A program made the translations under genes and the position numbers. Positions 46,744 through 60,172 of a stretch of DNA of 64,000 nucleotides are shown here, piece after piece (position 1 is the stretch's first letter; every line of letters starts with the position of its first letter). The notes beneath the pieces were generated by a model. It made no database searches. It had not been told where the DNA came from and worked only from the letters and a program-made list of their open reading frames with translations. Source of the stretch: Zygnema circumcarinatum SAG 698-1b (lineage: Eukaryota > Plantae > Zygnematophyceae); contig CM074817.1 in the NCBI GenBank assembly GCA_037447605.1, positions 930,001 through 994,000 of the forward strand, read 5' to 3'.

Positions 46744-47415
46744 GGCAAAGGAACTAGTCGTCTTTCTTTCCTTCTATTCGACCACCTCTCTACCCGCTCT
46801 TCCACATCACTGCCTGCTATGGCTCTCCAGCTTTAAAATTACATATAGAGACAGCGGCTGCCGGTATAAGCCCTCAGTCTTATGTTCACGCAAAACCTGC
46901 ATGGCTTTGCATTGCCGCCGGTAATTCCCGAAAGCATCCGATGTCGCGAACCTTGTACTGTAAAACCGCGAACCATCCCCTCCGTACGGTCGTCATTCCA
47001 TGCCTTCCCGTTTTTTTGTGGCGTTTCTATGTACGTTGCCGTAGACACAGTTACTGTGACAGCTATTGTTGCGACGAACTCTCGAACTGGATGATAGAAC
47101 TGCGCATGGGGAGGGCTGTGAACTCTCGGTAGGAACTCTACGGAACTGCCACACGAAACCCGGCAGCGCCTTTCGCGTTCAAACCCTAAAACTGTGAAGA
47201 GCGTCACATAGAAGCTCATTCACTTCAAACTGAAAGCCACCGTTTTAGGTCATCATATTTGCAGTTGGCGAGTGAAGAATATGATCATTTCGAGGTGCAA
47301 TTGTGTAGACTTGCATTACTTTCCCCGTTTTCCCTCGTTTTTTTCAGCTATCTTTTGACGGACTTATGTGGTAACTCTATTCCATAGCGAACTGAAATTT
47401 GTCGATTTTTTGCGC

Positions 47416-48524
47416 ATGGAGACGGCGGAGGGCGATGTGCAGGCCAGCACTAGCGTCCCTGCCATTCGCTGTGAGCGCCAGCTGGCGGATTTCGATTGGA
47501 AGCTCAAGGTGCCCGAAATTCCAGAAAACGTACCTTTTTTTTTTTTTTTTTTAAACTGAAACTGATTCAAAACTTACGAATATTTTAAACCCAGAACAAG
47601 ATTCAAACTCATCTTGATGGCTTCCAAAATTCTCATAAAAAAATTCAGACCATTTGGTGCTGGGTTCAGTTCGCAGTCTCCAGTGACTCCATCGCAGCGC
47701 TGAACATTGCTCTCCTCCGACTCGAATTCATCCTGAAAGAAGGAGACCCCAAAACCCTAAAAGACTCTTCAAATCATAGAAACGGTTCCAATTCAAGAGA
47801 CCCCAACAGCATGCAAATAGTCGAGGCGCTACCCCAACAAAGGGAGGAGCTCCAAGTGCTAGTGGGAGAGCTGACGTCAGCAGAACTCGGCAGACTAATA
47901 TCCACCTTAGAAGCTGCAGAAAAGGTGAGTCAGAATATCTTTTGTTTTTTGGGTTCCCCTGCTCCCCCACTTTTTTGTTTTGAGGTACTTGGATGGTGAT
48001 GTTTCAATGTTTTTCAAGACATTGGTGGAGTTGAGGTTTCTTAAGTTATGTGGGATGAGATCGAGTGCAGTTTGAAAGCGCTTTTTGGATCTGAAACGTC
48101 GCACGAGGATTGATGTTTTGAGACGGAAAAAAAGAGGGAGGATAGAGAGTAGGAAATGGCGGGAGGAGAGGAGAGAGAGGAGGAGAGGAGGAGAGGAGAG
48201 AGATGAGAAAGGAAGAGAGCGGAGCCTGAGAACGGAGCGGAGGGAGGGCGGAGAGGGGGGAGGTGAAAGGGAGAGGGGAGAGAGGGGAGGGGGAGATCAG
48301 AGAGAGAGGGGGGAGAGGGGGCAGAGGGGAGAGAGGAGAGCGGAGAGAGAGAGGTGGGAGAGGGGAGTGAAGAGATGAGGGAAGAGAGATGACAGAAGTC
48401 AAAGGAGTGGGTCAAAGGTTGCAGAGTTGACCGGAGGAGTCTGAAAGTAGTCAAGCATTGAGAGCGAGTGGCTGACTTGGAGCAGTTTGTTGTTTCTTTG
48501 CAGGCACTGGACAGAGTTTCATAG
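47416..48524 (+). CDS. COMMD8: COMM-domain protein, COMMD8-like (~122 aa; 5' end uncertain)
   Basis: Exons 47416-47508, 47670-47924, 48504-48524 give QLADFDWKLKFAVSSDSIAALNIALLRLEF...GELTSAELGRLISTLEAAEKALDRVS. This matches the COMMD8 pattern as I recall it (QLxDFDWxxKLALSSDKIAAL...ELQNLIxSLEAAxK). Confidence 0.7.
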
Positions 48525-48796
48525 CTTTTGGAGCTCAGAATAAGTCGTTAGTGGAAGCTTTTTTTAAAATGTCAGAGTGAAATCATATATTTGACGAAGG
48601 AATGCTGAAAGTATGAAGTCTTCAAACACTTTCCGTGAACGAGGTTTCAGACTTGTACATATTCTCAGGCCCATTGCTTAATATTGTAACAAGGAGCTTT
48701 CCATATTAAATGCGTTACTAACACGGCTCCCATCCCATTTTCCCAAGCAAGGAGTAATCCATGCATCCGCCATGGTATTGATGTGTTTTCCTTGGC

Positions 48797-49192
48797 CAGG
48801 GTTTTAGTTAGGGTAAGAGTTAAGGTGAGGGTTAGATTTAGGGTTAGCGTAGGGCTGTGGGGTTAGAGCTCAGGGTAAGGGTCATGGTCTAGGATTAGAG
48901 TCAGGGTTGGGCTTCAGTTACGGTTAGGATTAGGGTGAGGCTCAGGGTTGAGTGTTTAGGGTTAGGGTTAGGGTTAGGGTTAGGGTTAGGGTTAGGGTTA
49001 GGGTTAGGGTTAGGGTTAGGGTTAGGATTAGGGTTAGGGTTAAGGTTCGGGTTAGGGTTCGAGGTTAGTGTTAGGGTTAGGGTTAGGGTTAGGGTTAGGG
49101 TTAGGGTTAGGGTTAGGGTTAGGGTTAGGGTTAGGGTTAGGGTCGAGTGTTTAGGGTTAGGGTTCAAGGTTAGTGTTAGGCTTAGGGTTAGG
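48797..49192. repeat. Interstitial (TTAGGG)n array with degenerate flanks
   Basis: Near-pure core at ~48956-49143. Confidence 0.92.
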
Positions 49193-49956
49193 ATCAGAAA
49201 TCTTCTCAATGCAATAGTACTTTAAATGGTGCAGTTGTGTCATGTAAAGCATGGTAGTGGGGTAGAGTTTTGGATGTATGTATGCATGTGTTGGATGGTT
49301 TGTACATTCTCGCATTCAATTGAATATTCATACATACATTCATTCATTCATGTGCTGCACCATTCATTGCTTGTGACATCTAACAACAAATCCTCACATG
49401 CATTATTTATTGAAGGTCAACACGGCCCTACAATGGTAACTTTTGACATTGCGCTTCCAAAGGATACTCCAAAAGCAGCTACTTCTTGATTCAGAGCTTT
49501 CTTATTCTGATCGCTGGAAAGATGCACCAGTTTCTAGAATACTACATTTTGGGGAATTGTCAAAAAGGTTGGCACCTCATACTCATAACATGAAAACAAC
49601 AATACCGGTTTCTGAGCTCTAGTTTTGTCCTCTGAAGATTTGAAATCGTGAAAGTGCAGTGTGAAGCCCACACTTAGCCCAAAAGTGAAGTCGCGAACTT
49701 CGAACAATTTGAAGGCCCAGTGAGAACGCGCTCCGTCTCGCTCTCTTAGTTCCCACTGGGACGGTTCTCATCGCTCCACGTGGCTGCCCCTCCCTCTCTC
49801 CCTCCCTCCCTCTCCCTCTCCCTCTTTCTCTCCCTCCCTACCACCTGTCTCTCGTTTTCCTCTCTCGCCCCATCTTCTCCTCTTCTCTCTCTCCTTTCCC
49901 TCTCTCCCACAAACCCCTCTCTCCCTCTCTCCCTCCCTCCCTGTCCCCTCTCCGCC

Positions 49957-52183
<2,227 letters not shown>

Positions 52184-52879
52184 GTAGAGACCCTGACTCC
52201 TCAGTTTAGAGAGACTAGGTTTAGGGCTACAGGATGCAGTTTTTTTCAGCACAGGGAAGGCTAGATAATGGTAGTCTAGGTTTTGCTAAAATTTGCAGTC
52301 GTGTAAGGTTTTATTTTTATTTTGTTTCATTTAGCTTTGACTTTTTTTTTCTGTGGATGAGAATGTTTATTTGCATTACTTAGTGTTAGTTTATTGCGGG
52401 GTAGGGGAAGGAAAGGCGGGGGGGGGGGGGGGGGGGGGGGGGGGGNNNNNNNNNNGAGGGAGAGGGAGGTGGGGGGAGGGCGGGACGGGGAGGAAGAGAT
52501 CAAAAAGATATGAGAAACCATCAAACCATCCATCATTATGTTGCCTATTACGAACACTCATTGCTAATAATAAAAAATGGGGGAACACGAACGAGAAAAA
52601 ATGCAGGGGTAAGGAACGGATGCCACCATTTCCCTCCCTCCCTTCTCACGTAAGATAAAAGGGGAAGGAGAGAAAACTTGAGACCTGGAGACACTAATTC
52701 CTTCACCAACCAAAAAAAAAATCCAGGCCATTTTCGACACCCCTCGACCCCACCAAAAGAAAAAAATTTAGGAAAAGTAGCCGGAAAGGTGGTACAGAGA
52801 GAGAAGGTTTGTCACTCTCTCTCTCTTCAACAATGCCCTCTAAACTAACTAATCGTCTTAAAATATGCTACCTTCTAAG

Positions 52880-54243
52880 GTCCTTTCAAGGACTTCGTCC
52901 CTTTCTCCTCCTTATCTTTCCCTCCCTACCTTCGTCGTTTTCCGTTTCCCATTCCCTGTGTCTCCCCAACTCATTCTCCATTTCCCTCTCCCTCTCCTTA
53001 CCCCTGTTAATATCCCAACCCTTCTCCCTCTCATTCTCCATGTCCTTCTCCCTCTTTCTCTCTTGTTTCTTCTTCCAATTTTTCTTCGGCCCCCCCTTCT
53101 CCTCCTCTTCGTCCTTCTCCCCCTCCCACTCCAATTTCACCGCCTTCCCCATTACCCTCTGCCTCTCCCTCTCATTCTCAATATCTCTCTGTTTTTCCAG
53201 CTCTTTCTCCACTGTCCTCACCCCATCACTCTCGCTCCCTCTCGCTCTCCTTCCCTGTCACAGGGTCCATCTCCTCATCTCTCTCCCGCTCATGTTTCAA
53301 CTTCCGTTTCTTCTTCGACACTATTTTCCCCTTCTCCATCTCTCATCCTTTCTCCTTTTCTCTCTGACCCTCCGTCTCTTTCACCCTCTCCAGTTCCTCC
53401 TTTCTATCCTTTTCCCTCTCCATCTCTCCTCTCTCCTTCCTCCATCTCGCCCTCTCCTCATCGTTCCTTTCCCTATCCTTCTCCTCTCTGTCCCCCTCCT
53501 TTCCCTTTTTACCAGTTTTCTTCACCTCCTTTTCCTTCTCCCTCTCCCACTCCTCCACTTCCCTCTCCCTCGTCCTTTCCCTCCCCTCCTCTATCTCTTT
53601 CTCATTCGTCCTCTCCTCTTCCCTCTCCTTATCCTCTCGCTTTCTTTGCCTCTCCTTTTCATCCATCTCCTCCTCTCCTTCCATCTTCTTTCTCTTCTTA
53701 CCCTTTCTTTTCGCCCCCATGCCTTTTTCCAGTTCCTTCCCTTTACCCAACTCATCCTCCCTCTCCTTCTCAATTTCCGTTTCCCACTCCCTATCCCTCA
53801 CCCTCTCTTTCTCCCTATCCCTCACCCTCTCTTTCTCCCTCTCCCTCGCCTTCTCCTCCTCCTCCCCCTTCTTCTGCTCTTCCCTCTTCCTTTCCCTTTC
53901 TATCTCACTCTCATTTTTCTTCCTACCACTTCTCATCGCCGCCTTGCCCTTTTCCATTTCCTTTTCTTTCTCCATCTCCCTCTCCCGCTCTCTCTCCCTC
54001 TCCCGCTCTCTCTCCCTCTCCCGCTCTCTCTCCCTCTCCCTCTCTCTCTCCCTCTCCCTCGTCCTCTGCCTCTCCTCCTTCTCCTTCTCCTTCTCCCTCT
54101 CCTTCTCCTCTTCCCTCATCTCCTTTTCCCTCGCCCTCTCCCACTCCTCGTCCCTTTTCTTCTCCTCTTTCCTCTCCTTCTTCACTTCCATCTCCAACTT
54201 CCTCTCCCTCTCCTTCTCACTCGCCCTCTCCTCTTCCCTATCC

Positions 54244-54275
<32 letters not shown>

Positions 54276-56570
54276 CTCTCTCCTTCCTCCATCTCGCCCT
54301 CTCCTCATCGTTCCTTTCCCTATCCTTCTCCTCTCTGTCCCCCTCCTTTCCCTTTTTACCAGTTTTCTTCACCTCCTTTTCCTTCTCCCTCTCCTTCTCC
54401 TTCTCCTTCTCCTTTTCCCTCTCCCTCTCCCTATCGGTCGCTCTCTGCCTCTCCCTCTCCGTCTCCCACTCCTCGTCCCTTATCTTCTCCACTTCCTTTT
54501 CCCTCTCCCTCTCTTTCTCCCTCGCCCTCTCCACTTCCCTCTCCCTCTCCCTCTCCTTCTCCCTCGCCCTCTCCTCTTCCCTCTCCCTCTCCCTCTCCTC
54601 GTCTCTCTTCCATCCCCTATGCAGCTCCTCCCTCTCCTCCTGTCGTTCCCGCTCCTTTCTCTTCTTCACGCTTTTCTTCGCATCCTTGCTTGTTCCCATT
54701 TCATTCTCCTTTTCACTCTCCCGCTCCCTCTCCCTCTCCCTCTCCCTCTCCCTCTCCCTCTCCCACTCCTCGTCCCTTTTCTTCTCCTCGTCCCTTTTCT
54801 TCTCCTCTTCCGTTTCCCTCTCCCTCTCTCTCTGCCTCTCCTTCTCCTTCTCCCTCGCCCTCTCCTCTTCCCTCGCCCTCCTCTCCTCCTCCCACTTCCT
54901 TTCCCTCTCCATCTCCTCCCTCTCCTGTCGTTCCCGCTCCTTTTTCTTCTTCACGCTTTTCTTCGCTTCCTTGCTTGTTCCCATTTCCTTCTCCTTTTCA
55001 CTCTCCCGCTCCCTCTCCCTCTCCCTCTCCCTCTCCCGCTCCCGCTCCCTCTCCTTGTCCTCGTCCCTTTTCTTCTCCTCTTCCTTTTCCCTCTCCTTCT
55101 CTCTCTCCCTCTCCTTCTGCCTCTCCTTCTCCCTCGCCCACTCCTCTTCCCTCTCCCTCCTCTCCTCTTCTCTCTTCCTTTCCCTCTCCATCTCCTCCCT
55201 CTCCTCCTGTCGTTCCCGCTCCTTTTTCTTCTTCACGCTTTTCTTCGCCTCCTTGCTTGTTCCAACTTCCTTCTCCTTTTCACTCTCCCGCTCCCTCTCC
55301 CTCTCCCGCTCCCGCTCCCTCTCCTTGTCCTCGTCCCTTTTCTTCTCCTCTTCCTTTTCCCTCTCCTTATCTCTCTCCCTCTCCTTCTGCCTCTCCTTCT
55401 CCCTCGCCCACTCCTCTTCCCTCTCCCTCCTCTCATCCTCTCTCTTCCTTTCCCTCTCCATCTCCTCCCTCTCCTCCTGTCGTTCCCGCCCCTTTTTCTT
55501 CTTCACGCTTTTCTTCGCCTCCTTGCTTGTTCCCATTTCCTTCTCCTTTTCACTCTCCCGCTCCCTCTCCCTCTCCCTCTCCCACTCCCTCTCCCTCTCC
55601 TCGTCCCTTTTCTTCTCCTCTTCCTTTTTCCTCTCCCTCTCTCTCTGCCTCTCCTTCTCCTTCTCCCTCGCCCTCTCCTCTTCCGTCTCCCTCCTCTCCT
55701 CCTCTCTCTTCCTTTCCCTCTCCATATCCTCTCTCTTCTCCTGTCGTTCCCGCTCCATTTTCTTCTTCACGCTTTTCTTCGCTTCCTTGTTTTTTTCCAT
55801 TTCCTTCTCCTTTTGCTTCTCCCTCTCCCTGTCTCTCTCTCTCTCCCTCTCCTTCTCCCTCTCCCTCTCAGTCTCCTTCTCCTCGGCCCTTGTCTTCTCC
55901 TCTTCCTTTTCCCTCTCCCTCTCCTCCTCTCTCTTTCTTTCCCTCTCCACCTCCTCCCTCTCCTCCTGTCGTTCCCTCTCCTTTTTCTTCTTACCACTTT
56001 TCTTCGCTTCTTCCCTATCCCTCTCCCTCTCCCTCTCCTTCTCCTTTTCCTCGTCCCTTCTCGTCCTCACGTCCTTTTCCCTCTCCCGTTCCCTCTCCCT
56101 CTCCCTCTCCTTCTCCTTCTCCCTCTCCTTCTCCTCTTCCCACTCCCTCTCCTCCTCCTCTCTCTCCCCCTCTCCCTCCCTCTCCCTCTCTTCCCTCTCC
56201 CCCACTCCCTCCCCTTCGTCCTCTCCCTCTCCCTCCTCTCCTCCTCTCTCTTTCTTTCCCTCTCCACCTCCTCCCTCTCCCTCTCCTTCTCCTCTTCCTT
56301 TCCCTCTCCCGTTCCCTCTCCCTCTCCCTCTCTCTCTCCCTCTCCCTCCCCTTCCTCCCTCTCCCTCTCTCCCTCTCCCTCCCCTTCCTCCCTCTCCCTC
56401 TCCCTCTCTCCCTCTCCCTCCCTCTCCCTCTCTTCCCTCTCCCCCACTCCCTCCCCCTTCTCCCTCTCCCTCTCCCCCTCCTCTCTCCCCCCCTCTCCCT
56501 CCCCTTCCTCCCTCTCCCTCTCCTCCTCCTCTCTCTCCCCCTCTCCCTCCCTCTCCGCCTCCCATTCCAA
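52880..56570. repeat. ~3.7-kb polypyrimidine/polypurine tract with a higher-order ~270-bp unit
   Basis: The landmark CTGTCGTTCCCGCTCC...CTTCACGCTTTTCTTCG recurs near 54640, 54925, 55208, 55478, 55740 and 55965. Segment 53425-53550 is repeated at 54275-54390. Confidence 0.85.
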
Positions 56571-56768
56571 CCCTAACTCCAGCTGTCCTCCATCCCCGGA
56601 AGCTTCCTCGCTCCTTCCCTCCAGCGCGCGCAGAATGGCGCTGAGAGAGTCCATCTCGGGCCGCGCGCGGTCGGGCAGCGCTGCCAGCTGGCGGGCCAGG
56701 AAGCGCGCCGCCATGGCGGGCGAGCAGGGGGAGGAGCTCACCACGCGGCCTCGCACAAGGGAAGCCAT
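56067..56768 (-). CDS. Candidate gene: short N-terminal domain followed by an E/R/K-rich tail; true 3' extent unknown
   Basis: GC-rich, non-repetitive start [28 protein letters not shown]. From memory it resembles the xVxGRVVSxxPxSxxxAAxxL N-terminus of plant K/E-rich proteins. Unverified. Confidence 0.4.
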   Translation of the reverse strand: MASLVRGRVVSSSPCSPAMAARFLARQLAALPDRARPEMDSLSAILRALEGRSEEASGDGGQLELGLEWEAEREGEGEREEEEREREEGEGEGGREEGEREREKGEGVGEREEREREGEGEREREREEGEGEGEREREEGEGEGEREGEGEGTGEGKEEEKEREREEVERERKREEERRERERTKGREWGRGKRGRGRERGRERRRRGSGKRRRRGRRRRRGRGRGNGRGKRT

Positions 56769-57169
56769 GACTGCCCGCCCTAACCCTAACCCTAATTCTA
56801 ACTCTCAATGGGCCAAAATTTGCAATGTAAACCTTTAAATGATTCTTAATCCTGAACCCTAAATCGTAAACCCTACATTTTAGTCGTAATCTTGAGCCTG
56901 AACCTCGCCGCCGCTTGCCCTAATTTGGCGGCTCAATGGCTTTGAGCGTTCAAGTTGACGAAGGAGAGTGGCGTCAGGAAAGAAATTAATTTGGGGGTTT
57001 CGCTGGCTTCCCGAGGCGCCCTTGAAATGTTTTGGCGGCGAAGGACGGACAGGAAAATTTCGATGTCGACTGCTCTGATTGGACGATGGCCAGTCCGGTC
57101 AGAGGGAACGTCGTTTGTGAATTGTTCGGAGCTGCCCGACCTGAAACTTGGGAAATTTTTGGGCAGGAG

Positions 57170-57630
57170 TTGAGAGATACCTGAACCCTAAAGCGTTCCA
57201 AACCCTGAACACTGAAAGTTCTGAACGCCATCGGAACCCTAACTCCTGCTCTAACACTGACAAAAACTGCAACCCTAACCCCACTCTGAACCCTAATCTA
57301 GCCACAAGTTAAACCCTAACGCTAATCTGGCCTGAACCCTAACCCTAATCCGGCCTCAACCCCAACACTAATCTGGCCCCAACGTTAACCCTGATCTGGC
57401 CACAACTTAAACCCTAACCCTAATTTGGCCGCAACCCTAACCCGAATCTGGCCTCAACCCTAACCCTAATCTGGCCTCAACCCTAACCCTAATCTGGCCC
57501 TTAACCCTAACCCTAATCTGGCCCTTAACCCTAACCCTAATCTGGCCCTTAACCCTAACCCTAATCTGGCCCTTATCCCTAACCCTAATTTTTATCATCA
57601 TATCCTAACCTTAGACTAACCCTAACCCTA
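57170..57630. repeat. Telomere-repeat-derived minisatellite, 23-24-bp units (CTGGCCCTTAACCCTAACCCTAAT)
   Basis: Tandem units at 57445-57590 with degenerate copies further left; includes AAACCCTAA telo-box motifs. Confidence 0.8.
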
Positions 57631-57785
57631 AATCGAACCCTGAAGTCAGCCTCAGCCCTCTTCAACCTAAACAATTCCAAACCAGTCTTAAACTCATCCA
57701 CCTTTAAGGCACTGCGCCCTGCATCTGAAACGCCCATCAATCTTTTTTTAAAAGTCTACTTTGCAGAATTATATCTCCCGACAGG

Positions 57786-59210
57786 ATGATGTGCAGCGTG
57801 GCATATGCAACTGAAGCCAGAGCAGTCTCTCCCTGCAACTATGCATCTTGCAGCATCTCTGCACATCAATCTTTTGCAAGACCATGTGCAAATACGCAGC
57901 ACAGAGCAAAGCATTACGAGAGATTAGAGTCTGTATGCAGTACGAAGCTCCAGAAGTACTCTGCAGGGACGAAGAAGGTTCATGGGATTAGGGTTAGAGG
58001 TAACAGGGCGGCAGCCGCATCAAGAGTCCGAATGCAAATGAGCTCCGCAGACACATTGGATCGCCGAGTAGAAAAGATAATGCAAATATTGTCTCGAGAT
58101 CTTCCTCGGCAATACACCGAAGATATTGATTGGAGCATCTACTCAAATAACGTCGTGTTTGTGGATCCAAGTTCTCGGTTTGAGGTAAATCCCACAGAAA
58201 CATGTATGGGCTTCTGATTCCTTGCTTGTCTTTAACATTTTATCTTATCATCTGCACCTGTTTTTCAAAGCGATGTCTTGTTCAAGTATCAAAATCGATC
58301 ACGTATCGTTTTGGGTTTCTTGCAAGGCAGGGAAAAATCCTTTACAGATGTATGATTGGTACGCTTCGTCTACTTTCCACGACTATCTTTGAAGGCTCCT
58401 CCGCAGAATTCATTCTCTACTCCATCGAGGAGGTCTGCTGATTCCTAAAAACCCTAAAAATTTCCCATCCTCTTTCAAGCGAACCCCACGTTCTCGAACT
58501 TGTTACTTCCGCACATTCGTCTTCCCTCCTCCCTTCTTTAAAATTTGAACTCTGAAAATAATAGGTTTTGAATGAAGCTCCCAGGAACTTGAAGCGTTGG
58601 GGCTCTCTTTCTTTCTAAAGGGCTTGCAGATTGAATGCTGAATGCTGAAGTTTCAACTTTGAAATGACTTCCAATTTTTTGCTTTTTCAAGCTTTGTTTT
58701 TTTATTAAAACGTGATGGACTTTAATTTAATGATGTTTATGTGTATGCTTATGTTTATGTTTATGTTTATGTTTGCAGGTTGACGCTTTTGCAGGGACTG
58801 TCGCGCCCTTCTCTGCTCGCGAAGTGGGAGTGAAAGTGGCTCCAGTGAGGGCTGTACGGACGGTTTGGGCGACAAAAGCACGGAGCAGATGGGCCACCGA
58901 TCTCTTCATCAGCGGAGGTCAGAAAAAGGCCCCTAAAAAGGAAAGAAAAAAAAAAAAAAGTAAAAAGTGAAAAGTACCCAAAGAACAAGCAATGTGAGCG
59001 TGCAGGCAGGAGAATCTTGGAAGCAATGGGAACCATAAACCTGCAATGCAATTTTTGGCCAGAAAAACTGATTTGAAATTATGGGTTTGGTTCTGCATGT
59101 GGCAATTGGCAGACGACATTTTCCGAATTGACTGCGACGGATTTATTGTGACGCATGAGTCGGCGTGGAATGAAGCGCCCAAAGCGATTTGGGAGCAGCT
59201 GCGCGGCTAA
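57786..59210 (+). CDS. DUF2358 / NTF2-like (SnoaL-like) protein, probably organelle-targeted, ~245 aa
   Basis: Exons 57786-58184, 58331-58432, 58779-58917, 59113-59210 (738 nt). Motifs LSRDLPRQY..IDWSIYSNNVVFVDPSSRFEGKILY, RTVW...SRW, FRIDCDGFIVTH. Confidence 0.75.
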
Positions 59211-60172
59211 AAGACGAGGAGGCAGGAGAGGAGAGGAGAGGAGAGAGAGGAGAGGAGAGAAGAGAGAGAGGAGAGAGAGAGAGGAGAGGAGGAGAGCGAA
59301 AGAGAGAGGAGGAAAGAAGAGAGAAGAGGAGAGGAGGCAGGAGAGGAGAGGAGAGAGAGGAGAGGAGGCGAGAAGAGAGAGGCGAGAGAGAGGAGAGAGA
59401 GAGGAGGAGAGAGGAGAGGAGGAGAGGAGGCAGGAGAGGAGAGGCAGGAGAGGAGAGGAGAGGAGAGAGACAGAGAAGAGAGAGAGAAGGAGAGAGAGAG
59501 GAGAGGAGGAGAGAGAGAGAGGAGGAGAGGAGGAGGAGGAGGCACCTGCTTCCAACTGGGACATGGAGCTCGAGGAAATGTACAGCCTTCGTGGCAAAAG
59601 GTAAAATTGACATTTTTTGCGGAAAGTACAGCGAGTCGAAACGAGTTGGGTTCGAGCCGACCCTGTACGGACAAAGTGAGTCAGATCGTGCTCGAGCTGA
59701 AATCTCGTATTGCTCGGGGCGGGCGATTCTCGAGCTTTGATCCTAAAAATGTGAATGTAACAGGTAGTCAACATGACTAGGAACTTTGTTGTTGAACACG
59801 ACATTGAACATGACATTTACATGACTTCAGAACATGCGCTAGCGCGTGCTCCAATGTGATCCCATCTTCGTTGGAACATTGTGCAAGAGATTTCATATGA
59901 CCCCATCCACAACACAAGTGTCAATTTGTGATGTGAGGCCCTATACATTGGGCTATCTATAAAAGATAGATTTCATGTTCTACCAACATCTATTCTACAT
60001 TTGGACCTTAATCACTAACTCTTTATATATCAAAATAGTCTAAAAACAAGAAAAAAAATCAACAAAACCTTCTTCTGATTCTACCCTAGAAGTAAGAGAT
60101 ACCCCAAAAAGTAAAAATTCAAAATTTAATAAGAACAACAACCGTGAATCCCACATTCACTCACGTTCAACA

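Noticed and set aside
48797-49192. True chromosome end
   Set aside because: Ordinary genes lie on both sides and the array decays at both flanks, so it is interstitial.
52809-56838. Plus-strand ORFs of 1255, 1259 and 1039 aa, one reading like an (SP)n extensin
   Set aside because: All three plus frames are open because a polypyrimidine strand rarely forms stops. There is no signal peptide or credible start, so this is a compositional artefact.
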